Below are positions 32,330-41,384 of a DNA stretch of 64,000 bases, piece after piece. The DNA lies in NCBI GenBank assembly GCA_965218375.1, contig OZ244618.1, positions 1,404,950 to 1,468,949 of the forward strand. Reading direction: 5' to 3'. Position 1 is the first letter of the stretch; the number at the start of each line of letters is the position of its first letter. The position numbers were made by a program, and so were the translations under genes. The notes under the pieces are model-generated. The model was given only the letters and a program-made list of their open reading frames with translations, was not told the DNA's origin and did no database searches. This stretch comes from Alphaproteobacteria bacterium (GTDB taxonomy: Bacteria; Pseudomonadota; Alphaproteobacteria; G965218375).

Positions 32330-33274
32330 TTATTCAAAATTAGAAATAGCCTTATTTATGGAATCTAGGGAGTTATTTACAATATTTCTGCCAATATCGA
32401 TTAATTCTTCTGCTTTATCAAATTCTAGGAAGTTGATATGGGAGACATCTGGACATAAAAGCACATCAGGGGGGGTGTTTGTAAGGATTGTCTGGGTAAT
32501 GTTTTTTTGCATGATATTACTCGACATAATCAGCGTATCTATGATGCTGGGGGCACCCTCCTGGTTTCTTAAAAAAGAGGTAATATTTAGCTTATAAGGC
32601 GGTTTATTTTTAGGGGTATTTGAGTAACTAACCTGATTATATACAGGGGCCTCTGGTGGTGGATCTGATTTAATTTGTGGGCTTATAATCGGTTCTTTAC
32701 CTTGTTTAACAGATAGACTGACGGCAATAACAATATCAGCTCCAAAGCTTTGTGCCATAGTAATCGGGATTGGGTTGATTAATCCGCCATCAATGAGAAT
32801 ATGATCACCTAAGGTTACTGGACTAAAAATACCAGGAATAGCATAGGAGGCGCGCAGCGCATGGGCCAGCATGCCGCTTTGCATCCAATACTCACTGCCC
32901 GTCGCAAGTTCAGCGGCCACGCAGCCGAAACGAATGGGCAAGTCTTCTATATTGATCTTACCAATATGTTTTTCGAACTCGTCCATTAGTTTTTCACCCT
33001 GTAACACCCCGCCCCCAGTGACATGGATATCGAGAAAACGAAGAAGACGGAATGTCGTTAAACGACGGGTCCACTCTTCCAGGGCCTCAAGCCGTCCAGC
33101 AGCGTAACAGCCGCCAACAACCGCCCCGATAGATGTACCTGTAACAACATATGGTTTAATATTGTTTTCAAGCAGATGTTGAATAATACCAATATGAACC
33201 CACCCGCGACCGCCGCCACTTCCTAAGGCCAGCCCGATAACAGGTGCTTTACGTTTGGCCTTGGAGTGTCGCAT
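32330..33274 (-). CDS. patatin-like phospholipase (RssA family)
   Basis: Oxyanion motif GLALGSGGGRG, nucleophile elbow GTSIGA, and a DGG catalytic Asp. Confidence 0.85.
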   Translation of the reverse strand: MRHSKAKRKAPVIGLALGSGGGRGWVHIGIIQHLLENNIKPYVVTGTSIGAVVGGCYAAGRLEALEEWTRRLTTFRLLRFLDIHVTGGGVLQGEKLMDEFEKHIGKINIEDLPIRFGCVAAELATGSEYWMQSGMLAHALRASYAIPGIFSPVTLGDHILIDGGLINPIPITMAQSFGADIVIAVSLSVKQGKEPIISPQIKSDPPPEAPVYNQVSYSNTPKNKPPYKLNITSFLRNQEGAPSIIDTLIMSSNIMQKNITQTILTNTPPDVLLCPDVSHINFLEFDKAEELIDIGRNIVNNSLDSINKAISNFE

Positions 33275-33523
33275 TTTTCGGAAGAAATTTTGCAAAATTT
33301 ATGCTCCTCATAATTTGCTTCATATCACTCTAATTATATAATAATTTTAATATATTAGGGGAACAAAAACCATTATAGTTTTCAGAGAGGCATAAAAGAA
33401 CTTCTGACCATGCCCCCGCGAGAGGGCATTGTGGAGAAGGTGACAGGGGGGGATATGCCATTTTGAAGGGGCGACTACTTTGGGCCCTCAATCATGATAA
33501 TTTCTGTGCGTAGGGGGAGGGGA

Positions 33524-34129
33524 TTATGACGCTTTGATGGCGGCCATTATCTTGTTAAAGCGCGCAAGATATTCAGTCTTTTGGGTGTTGGGAGGACTGG
33601 GGATAATGGGTATATCTTGAATTTTTTTCAGTGGGACACAAAATAACTTTTTTGCCTCATCTTCTGTAAATCCCCCCAATTTTATCGCTTCAAAATATGC
33701 AGAGAGTTTATCGGCACGTTTGATCAGCTTGCGTATGTCTTCGGGGATCTCACCTTGCAGACCAAATCGTATATGAATAGCCGTTTGTAATCGACTTTCG
33801 ATGACCTTGTAGTCATTTCCAATAATGGCTTTGAAGGGAGAGATTAAGTCACCAATAACGTATTCTGAGGCGTCATGAAGAAGGGCAGCTAATTGCCATA
33901 TTGGTGCAATATCTCTCTTTAGCCGTGTGAGAATATCAACCACAAGCACGGAGTGCTGCGCCACGGAGTAAGCCCACTCCCCCCGCGTTTGGCCATTCCA
34001 TCGTGCTGTGCGTGACAATCCATGGGCAATATCTTCAATTTCTATATCCATGGGAGATGGATCCAGAAGGTTAAGCCGACGGTCACTTAACATACGTTGC
34101 CAAGCGCGAGGTTCTGAAGAGCGAGCCAT
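33524..34129 (-). CDS. HD-domain phosphohydrolase (YfbR/5'-nucleotidase-like)
   Basis: HD motif LLHDASEYVIGD with an upstream H...H pair. Confidence 0.7.
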   Translation of the reverse strand: MARSSEPRAWQRMLSDRRLNLLDPSPMDIEIEDIAHGLSRTARWNGQTRGEWAYSVAQHSVLVVDILTRLKRDIAPIWQLAALLHDASEYVIGDLISPFKAIIGNDYKVIESRLQTAIHIRFGLQGEIPEDIRKLIKRADKLSAYFEAIKLGGFTEDEAKKLFCVPLKKIQDIPIIPSPPNTQKTEYLARFNKIMAAIKAS

Positions 34130-34186
34130 AATCAACAGGTGTTTACAGAATAATAAGCGAGCAACATCTTCTTAAAGTCTAAAATA

Positions 34187-35350
34187 CTAATGCCAATTAT
34201 ATAATCTGTCTTTATAGGGAAAGTTAGGTAATATTTTCTGCATTATAAACTTGCGAATATTATGCCAGTACGTTCCGAATAGGATAAAGGAGAAGCTTAT
34301 AACCAAAATCATGTTGATGGTACCAAAACCAGAATCCGTTTTAAAAGGCGTAAGGTCAGAATATATGAAAGAGTACAGCAGAGCTGTGACAAGAAATGAC
34401 TTTCTATCCACTACAATGGCGAGCGTTAAAGCGAATACAAGAATTAGACAGAGAATAATAAGGTTTAAAGTCGTGGATGCTGGAAGATTCATTGTGATGA
34501 ATCTCATGAATAATGGACCGAAAATGGCAAAGTTCCAGAACGCAATTCTTGATTCTTTATTTTCTCTTTTTGGGTCTTTGACCTCAAAGTAAAGGGCAAC
34601 ACTTAAAACCGTGATAGATAATATCCCAAAGGGGAGAGAGAGAATAAAAGTGGTATTCCATTGAAGGAGAGCTGGTAGTGTGCCTGTTAAATCTGCTATG
34701 TAAAATGCCCATGCGTATATAGTCATAAGTATTGATATGTATATGGGAATTAAACTAAAGTAGATTTTTGTGAAAAAATAGTAGGCAACACTTAAGGTTA
34801 AAGTAATGAATAAAGTATATTTAAGTACATTCACAGTTCTACTTATATCAATATTAGTAGGTTCGAAAGATGACGTTACTGACTTTGTCGTCTCTGACGT
34901 TTCACCAGATTTGTCATTAGATGTCATTTTATAATTATAATTATAAGTATATGAAAATGATGAGAATGAAGACTTTATATTACCTATCATCTCGCCTTCA
35001 GGTGCTCCTGTACTGCAGATTAAAAATGTCAAACTAACGGTAAGTTTGATAAGTAAGAAAAAAGCAAGAGCGGTTGTTAGGATACCTGGAAAAGACATTC
35101 CTCGAGAATGGTAGTAGTATTTAGCCGTAAAAGCAGAGAGTACCCACAGTGCAGCCATAGAAAAGAAATACCCATAATTATTAAAATTTGTTGACTTGAA
35201 CATCATAATAGCAATGAATACAATGATCGAAATAGAAATTAGAATTTCGGTTGTACCTTTAAAGGCTACGAACTTTTCTGATTCGTTTGTTGAAGTCGCC
35301 TTTGGTGTTTCGTCATTGTCTATAAATTCAGGAGCTGAGTCTTTTTTCAT
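34187..35350 (-). CDS. polytopic integral membrane protein, about 10 TM helices, function unknown
   Basis: 387 aa with a hydrophilic N-terminus, multiple hydrophobic 20-aa segments, and a Ser/Thr/Tyr/Asn-rich loop. No recognisable family. Confidence 0.45.
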   Translation of the reverse strand: MKKDSAPEFIDNDETPKATSTNESEKFVAFKGTTEILISISIIVFIAIMMFKSTNFNNYGYFFSMAALWVLSAFTAKYYYHSRGMSFPGILTTALAFFLLIKLTVSLTFLICSTGAPEGEMIGNIKSSFSSFSYTYNYNYKMTSNDKSGETSETTKSVTSSFEPTNIDISRTVNVLKYTLFITLTLSVAYYFFTKIYFSLIPIYISILMTIYAWAFYIADLTGTLPALLQWNTTFILSLPFGILSITVLSVALYFEVKDPKRENKESRIAFWNFAIFGPLFMRFITMNLPASTTLNLIILCLILVFALTLAIVVDRKSFLVTALLYSFIYSDLTPFKTDSGFGTINMILVISFSFILFGTYWHNIRKFIMQKILPNFPYKDRLYNWH

Positions 35351-35412
35351 ACTGAAACTTTCACGTCTTGTAGATTAAGGTTAAATAAATATGCTAATTA
35401 AATTTTTACTTT

Positions 35413-35424
35413 CTCTCACGTGAG
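35413..35424. promoter_or_regulatory. perfect 12-bp palindrome TCTCACGTGAGA about 65 bp upstream of the membrane-protein gene
   Basis: Seen directly in the sequence. Operator-like. Confidence 0.25.
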
Positions 35425-35543
35425 ATAATAACCTTCGATGATCGTTTGTCAATAAGGTGCTGTACCCCTCTAGGGTCAGAGGTGTTGGTATTGAGGAAAT
35501 AAAATGAGAGAAAAAGGGGGAACTCTTTATTGATAAGCTCTGC

Positions 35544-36209
35544 TTAAAAATCAAGATTACTGTAGGTACTTGGAGGAGAAATGTGCGGAATTCTATCTTT
35601 AAGAATCTCTTTCATGCTTAGACGGGATTTAAACTTTTGGTACCAGTCCATGAGGATGGGCGCCTTGAGCCAGTCAATTTCATTCAGATAGTCAAGACAG
35701 CTTAAATGTCCTGCCAAGGTAATATCCGCCAAAGTCATGGTATCTCCAGAAATCCAGTTACGTTTTTCGAGCAAAAACTCAAAGTATTTAAGGTGAGGTT
35801 TGAGATTTGCGCGTCCGGCACGAATGACTTCACTTTTCGGTTGGGTTTTGTCTTTAAACGGTTTCGTGACGCGTTCATTGACCAGATACCTTGTGACCTC
35901 ATCATAAAATTTATGGTTTATCCAAGAGATGAGACGACGGGTTTCAAGGCGAGATGGGGGGTCGTGGGGTAATAAAACATTTTCTGTGTAGGTGTCTTCA
36001 AGGTATTCGGGAATGAGGTGACCGTCAGGTACAATGGTACCGTTATCCTCAAGTATTGGAACCTCACCAGTAGGGCTGAGTCGGTACAAGTCGGACCCAT
36101 TAGGGCCCATACTTTCAGGGTTAAGGGTGAAATCTAACATCTTTTCCGCAAGGTGGATTCTTGCTATTCGTGATAGGGGATCAAGATATGTGCAGTGTAG
36201 GATGCGCAT
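35544..36209 (-). CDS. glutathione S-transferase family protein
   Basis: 221 aa with a thioredoxin-like N-domain and a helical C-domain typical of GSTs. Confidence 0.7.
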   Translation of the reverse strand: MRILHCTYLDPLSRIARIHLAEKMLDFTLNPESMGPNGSDLYRLSPTGEVPILEDNGTIVPDGHLIPEYLEDTYTENVLLPHDPPSRLETRRLISWINHKFYDEVTRYLVNERVTKPFKDKTQPKSEVIRAGRANLKPHLKYFEFLLEKRNWISGDTMTLADITLAGHLSCLDYLNEIDWLKAPILMDWYQKFKSRLSMKEILKDRIPHISPPSTYSNLDF

Positions 36210-36253
36210 ATAATAAATTAATACTCCTTAAGAAAATAAAGTTGAGGAAAAAA

Positions 36254-37045
36254 CTATTTTGTAAGATGAAGAGTTTTCAATACTTCATCATGTAAACGAG
36301 GGTCTCCAGTAGCAACAATGGTGCTGTCAAAGTTTTTTAAAGTAATTCGGTCGCCTGAGAAGGTTGTTACCCGCCCTCCAGCTTGTTCTATGAGAGGAAT
36401 TAGCGCCATAATATCATAGGTGTTGATGCCAGCTTCGACAACAATATCAGCGAATCCGTGGGCAAGTTGGAGAAAACCAAAGGCGTCCGCACCCATGCGC
36501 GTAAAATAGGTGCGTGCCATCAAGGCATCAAGCCTGGGACGGTTTTCCGTGTCCCAGTACTCAAGACCACTGGTAAAGACGATGGCCTGATTGAGGTGCG
36601 GGCAGGGGCGCGTGGCAACACTTGTGCCATTGATCATGGTTGGTAAACCCTCACCTCCATGCCATGCTTCCCGCAAGATCGCTTGTTCTGCTGCGCCGAA
36701 AACTGGCTGTCCATTTCTTGTGAGTCCGATGAGGGTGGTAAATAGAGGAATTCCAGTAATAAAACTCTTGGTCCCATCAATGGGGTCGAGGCACCAAATA
36801 TATTCTGCATTTGTTTGGACAGAGTCAAACTCTTCGCCAATGATGCCATGGTCGGGAAACTCGGCTTGAATAATTTTGCGCATGGCTTGTTCTGCGTTTT
36901 TATCTGCAAGAGTAACGGGGCTTTGATCCCCTTTACTCTCGACATGAATCGGCCGTCGGTAGAAGGGCAGAATCTCATCGCGCACTGCAGAAAATATCCT
37001 CTGGGTGATATTAATAAAAATGTCGGCGTTCAATGCAATAGACAT
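36254..37045 (-). CDS. inositol monophosphatase family protein (SuhB/HisN-like)
   Basis: IMPase motifs EE...DPIDGT (WCLDPIDGTKSF) and WD..AG. Confidence 0.85.
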   Translation of the reverse strand: MSIALNADIFINITQRIFSAVRDEILPFYRRPIHVESKGDQSPVTLADKNAEQAMRKIIQAEFPDHGIIGEEFDSVQTNAEYIWCLDPIDGTKSFITGIPLFTTLIGLTRNGQPVFGAAEQAILREAWHGGEGLPTMINGTSVATRPCPHLNQAIVFTSGLEYWDTENRPRLDALMARTYFTRMGADAFGFLQLAHGFADIVVEAGINTYDIMALIPLIEQAGGRVTTFSGDRITLKNFDSTIVATGDPRLHDEVLKTLHLTK

Positions 37046-37290
37046 AAGAGGGGCTTTTCCAGATTTTTAGGGGCAAGTTTTAAAGAAGCAGAAAAATCCG
37101 CGCACTCGCTGCTTACGGGATGAATATCCCCTTTTAATATATACCAAAATTTGTTCGAAATAAAACACTATAATTATGATTTATGACCCAGGTAACCTCT
37201 TAAAAATAGGCCATATCTAGGGGTAGGTTCAAGGGAGAGACTCATAAAAGGATAACGCAAAAAAAATCCCTAATACATTTTGTGAGGTAT

Positions 37291-37318
37291 GGCACCTCCC
37301 CCACAAATTGGGGGTGCC
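37291..37318 (-). terminator. stem-loop downstream of the cytochrome c gene
   Basis: GGCACCtCCCCCA-caaat-TGGGGGTGCC, an 11-12 bp GC-rich stem. Confidence 0.4.
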
Positions 37319-37339
37319 AATACAGAAACATTGAGGGGT

Positions 37340-37870
37340 TTATTCAGTGACAAGCTCAACCGGTGATGGGGTCAATGTATTCAAATAACTAATGATATCT
37401 GCCCGCTGCTGATCTTTTTTAAGACCAATATAGCCCATTTTCGTTCCTTTAATATAACTTTTGGGGTTTTGGAGGAAAAGGTTTAATTGTGAAACAGTCC
37501 ACGCACCCTCATGTTCCGTAATGACAGATGAATATGCATAGTCAGAAAGACGCGCAACATCATTCCCAATAACGCCATAAAGATTTGGACCTGTTTTGTG
37601 AGGTTCACCTTCATTAAAGCTGTGACATCCAAGACATTTACTGGCTACTCGTTTGCCACGTTCCGCACTTGCAACAGCAAGAAAAGTGGAAAAGGGAATA
37701 ACTTCCTTTATTTCACCTTCTGGTTTGACTTCTGGAACTTCAATTTGGTATCCACGACTGGTAAGTGTTTCTTTATGGAAAAGAAACCTAGAAATTTCAA
37801 CTAATACAAATAATATGATGCAAGAGGCTAAGACGGCACCTGCCCATTTGTTAAGTGTAAAGTTATCCAT
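37340..37870 (-). CDS. cycM: membrane-anchored class I cytochrome c (CycM-like)
   Basis: N-terminal TM anchor, CLGCH haem-binding motif, and a distal Met ligand region. Confidence 0.8.
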   Translation of the reverse strand: MDNFTLNKWAGAVLASCIILFVLVEISRFLFHKETLTSRGYQIEVPEVKPEGEIKEVIPFSTFLAVASAERGKRVASKCLGCHSFNEGEPHKTGPNLYGVIGNDVARLSDYAYSSVITEHEGAWTVSQLNLFLQNPKSYIKGTKMGYIGLKKDQQRADIISYLNTLTPSPVELVTE

Positions 37871-38313
37871 AATTTATAAATCCTGCTTTAAGACTTCTTC
37901 ATTCATTAAGGAAGCATATGTGTTAAATATTACTGAGTATTTTCGTATTGAATCCATAGATAACTTGATGTGGATCATGACAATCAACACAAAAAAATAA
38001 AAAAAATCTCTTAATAAAAAAAATAATAATTATTATAGTTAATTTTTAACCTAATCTATTTTGTGAGCATGAAGTAACAATGTACATATAATCAATTTTA
38101 TTTTTATATACCAGTGTTTTTATGGGTATTCTTTTTTAATTTAGGTTTATTGGGGGTCAGATTTGTGGTGAGATGACCTAAAAAATACAGAGTATTCAGA
38201 ATTTTTTATTTTGTTGAGAAAAAATATATAAAATAAATTAAGAAATATCAGATTATTTCTAATCTATTTTGTATTGTCTATGTTTATTAATTTTAAATGA
38301 GATTTGAGAGACT

Positions 38314-39165
38314 ATGACCAAAGTTATCGCATTTCAGGGCGCACATGGTGCAAATTCAGAAATAGCATGTTCGTATTTTTGTTCGGAATCTGAGACGGTG
38401 CCCTGTGAAACTTTTGAAGATACCTTTGATACCTTACTTGAAGGACGCGCGAATCTCGCTATGATTCCCATTGAGAATAGTCAAGCTGGTCGTGTTGCAG
38501 ACGTTCATAATTTGTTACCGGAATCCAGACTGAGCATTGTTGCGGAACATTATCAACCAATTTATCATCACCTTCTTGCGTTACCAAATGTACCGTTTTC
38601 CAATATTAAGCAGATTCGTAGTCACACCATGGCGCTGGCCCAATGTCGGGAGAAACTCCGTAAGTGGGGGGTGTCGTGTCATGTGAGTGCTGATACTGCA
38701 GGCGCTGCCCGTGATCTTGTTTTATCTCAAGACCCAACTGTTGCGGTGGTTGCAACACGTCTGGCTGCTGAGATTTATAAGTTAAATATTCTTGAGGAAA
38801 ATATTGAGGATTCTAGCGACAATATGACCCGATTTGTGGTGTTATCAAGGCAAGAAGACTGGCCTTCAATAAATGTAAAGTCTATGACCACGATTATTTT
38901 CTGCCTTAAAAGTTTGCCGTCAGCCCTATATAAATGTTTAGGGGGATTTGCGACGAATAAAATTAATGTTACTAAAATTGAGAGTTACGTATCTTGGGGT
39001 AACTTTAATGCAGCACAGTTTTATATGGACTTTGAGGGGCATCCTCATTCTGAAGATGTTGCCCTTGCCCTTGACGAATTGCGGTATTTTTCTACGGATA
39101 TGCGCATTATTGGCGTGTACCCCCAATCACCATACCGTCAAAGTATGCGCGAAGTTAAAGCGTAG
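38314..39165 (+). CDS. pheA: prephenate dehydratase
   Basis: PDT catalytic domain (TRF motif in SDNMTRFVVL), ESRLSIV, and a C-terminal ACT domain. Confidence 0.9.
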   Translation: MTKVIAFQGAHGANSEIACSYFCSESETVPCETFEDTFDTLLEGRANLAMIPIENSQAGRVADVHNLLPESRLSIVAEHYQPIYHHLLALPNVPFSNIKQIRSHTMALAQCREKLRKWGVSCHVSADTAGAARDLVLSQDPTVAVVATRLAAEIYKLNILEENIEDSSDNMTRFVVLSRQEDWPSINVKSMTTIIFCLKSLPSALYKCLGGFATNKINVTKIESYVSWGNFNAAQFYMDFEGHPHSEDVALALDELRYFSTDMRIIGVYPQSPYRQSMREVKA

Positions 39166-39217
39166 GGGTGAGGGGGGAGTTCACGTGTTGCGAGGGAAGT
39201 TAACGTCCATGGGCGCT

Positions 39218-39646
39218 TTATTTGCGCGCTCCGACAAAAATCCCCGTTAAGACCATACCCACAAGACCAATAACCGTTACTGCAGTACTGCCTACCAGAA
39301 AGTCTAAAACATTATCAGGAAGGAAAAAGTGAGCAAATAGCCATTGTTTGAGGCCATGGGCAACGATAATCAATGTCACAACCGTGCAATAGATGCACAT
39401 GAAGATGTATGCCCTGTTCGCATAGGGTTTAATAAGTTGATTAAGGATTGTCGAGGCTTCATTCAGGTTACGGTTTTCTGTGATTAAGTCCTCATTTTTG
39501 CTGCCGACTGCCGCAAATGTTTTAAGCAAGACTTTTATATCTTTTAAAGAGTCGCTGGCGTCAGAGTCGCTCGTAAAGGTATCGGGTGAGGCGGTCTCAA
39601 TGTCTTTTATATCAACTTTTATGTTCTTTTGTTTCTCGTCCTGCAA
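39218..39646 (-). CDS. small protein with an acidic/Ser-rich N-terminal half and two C-terminal TM helices; candidate toxin partner of the DUF4065 gene
   Basis: 142 aa. TTG start overlaps the last 35 nt of the upstream DUF4065 gene, with AAGG 8 nt upstream. No family recognised. Confidence 0.45.
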   Translation of the reverse strand: MQDEKQKNIKVDIKDIETASPDTFTSDSDASDSLKDIKVLLKTFAAVGSKNEDLITENRNLNEASTILNQLIKPYANRAYIFMCIYCTVVTLIIVAHGLKQWLFAHFFLPDNVLDFLVGSTAVTVIGLVGMVLTGIFVGARK

Positions 39647-40100
39647 GTGCCAACCTTGTAAAATAATCTGAAATTACTGTGTTTTTTATAATTGTATTTC
39701 TGCCACTTTTAATATAGGCCACGTACCATGGCGACCCGAGCTGGTGTGTCATTTCTGAGAGGTCTTTTCCCGTAAAGGAGCCATATTTTTCCCATACCTT
39801 TTCAATTATGTCTTTTTCTGGTCTGTTCATCTCTGTAGTATATGGCTTGTTTGTGCCTGGACGCACAAGTCTACCTGTTTTCTTGTCGCACTTATAGTCA
39901 CGTAAATGATTCCAGAGTGCGCGAATTACAGGTCCCCCATCCCACGCTTCAAATTCATCGTTGATCAGTGACGTCTTATGAATTGCTAGGTGCCACCCAC
40001 ATGTGAAAAAAATGAGTTTTTGGAGTTTCATTTGAGAAATTTCTTCGCCATTGATCTCAATGAAAGAGTTGGCAACGGCTCGAGAATCATAATTAGCCAT
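39612..40100 (-). CDS. DUF4065 / Panacea-domain protein (PanA/SocA-like antitoxin)
   Basis: 162 aa. AVANSFIE...MKLQKLIFFTCGWHLA...EFEAWDGGPVIRALW matches the DUF4065 core (A..vAnyfl...i..lkLqKLlYy.qgwhLa...plf.e.feAW..GPV...y). Confidence 0.75.
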   Translation of the reverse strand: MANYDSRAVANSFIEINGEEISQMKLQKLIFFTCGWHLAIHKTSLINDEFEAWDGGPVIRALWNHLRDYKCDKKTGRLVRPGTNKPYTTEMNRPEKDIIEKVWEKYGSFTGKDLSEMTHQLGSPWYVAYIKSGRNTIIKNTVISDYFTRLALAGRETKEHKS

Positions 40101-40428
40101 TTTTGTTAATACCTTAGTTTCTGTTCAACAAGCAAATTATATAACAAACGCCCAATAAATTCTACACTATAAATGAATGGGGGGATTATTTTAACAAAAA
40201 TAGGGATTATTTACTGCGGTGTCCTTTATTTTAGGGATACCCATGCATATATAAGCCTTATAGGTATCTTACCGATTAATTTGAGATGAAGATATATAAC
40301 CTAAAATTTTTAGGGCGAATTATTCTATGTAGTGTGTGGGCTTATTTTCCACATATAAAAAAGATATTATTTGAGCTTTCTAAAGAAGCTATGGTTGGTG
40401 AGGCGTTTACACGTGAAGAATTTATAGT

Positions 40429-41265
40429 TTATGTGTCATCGTCTTGAGAGTATTTGGGTATTTTTAAGGAGATAGCTATGTCGTTTGTTTCTGAATTTAC
40501 AGTGGTTGCTTCGTTACTGTTTTGCCACTTTTTCATGTTGACCATGGCAAGCCCAGCAGCTTTAAAGGTGCTGAGAGTCGTGCCAATCTCAATATCTCCA
40601 GCAAAAACACGGGAATGATGGGGAAGGGGCGTCTCGTCAAGGGATGTGACCAAAACCAGACGTTTCTTAATGGCGTTGCGGTAGTGGGTGCGCGCCGTAA
40701 CTTCCTGACCAACGTAGCACCCTTTTTTAAAGTCAACACCGTTGGTTTTGTCTGCCCAGATTTCTAAGGGTAAGGTTTTATTAAAAACCCAGTCTCTAAT
40801 TCCATCCGTTAATCCTAGCGCGTGGCGGTGACGGTCAAATTCTCCGAGGGTTGTGGTCAGGTTATCGGGCGCAGCGTCTTCTGGAAGGATCACCCACCAC
40901 CCTGAATCTTCTAAGCGCGGATCGGGGAAAATAATCCAATCATTTTGCCCCCCCTGTACTGGAGCGGTGGCATGGGCAATACGGGCGTCACGATGAACAA
41001 TATCAACCCGTGAGCGCAGCTTGTACATGTTCAGCCGCGTCGTAAGTTCCTGGGCGTTGTCTTTATCGATAAGTATCTTCAAAGGGTCTTGACCAATAAT
41101 AAAAAAGTCAGCGATCATTTTTCCTTGAGGGGATAGCAGCGCACTATATACAGCGTTTTTATCATCTACACGCTCAACGTCTTGTGTGATCAAACTTTGT
41201 AAGAAGGGCCGTGTATCTGCGCCTGATACTTCGATGACGGTTTTATGGGAAAGGGCGGCGAGCAT
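40429..41265 (-). CDS. ygfZ: folate-binding Fe-S cluster repair / tRNA-modification protein YgfZ (GcvT-like)
   Basis: K-G-C-Y-x-G-Q-E signature (KKGCYVGQEVTARTHYRN) in a GcvT-like fold. Confidence 0.8.
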   Translation of the reverse strand: MLAALSHKTVIEVSGADTRPFLQSLITQDVERVDDKNAVYSALLSPQGKMIADFFIIGQDPLKILIDKDNAQELTTRLNMYKLRSRVDIVHRDARIAHATAPVQGGQNDWIIFPDPRLEDSGWWVILPEDAAPDNLTTTLGEFDRHRHALGLTDGIRDWVFNKTLPLEIWADKTNGVDFKKGCYVGQEVTARTHYRNAIKKRLVLVTSLDETPLPHHSRVFAGDIEIGTTLSTFKAAGLAMVNMKKWQNSNEATTVNSETNDIAISLKIPKYSQDDDT

Positions 41266-41384
41266 ATAAAAGAACCTTGTAACATGAAAGCGTGGGCTTT
41301 ATAGTTTGCGATGAGTGAATTTTTGTTCATATATAAAATCACCGTTCACCATATCTGATAACCTGATTCTTGTATATTAAAATT

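Noticed and set aside
39218-39646. Considered that the 142-aa TM protein downstream of the DUF4065 gene might be a holin or phage remnant within a prophage.
   Set aside because: No other phage genes (integrase, terminase, capsid) within 10 kb on either side. An isolated two-gene module fits a TA pair better.
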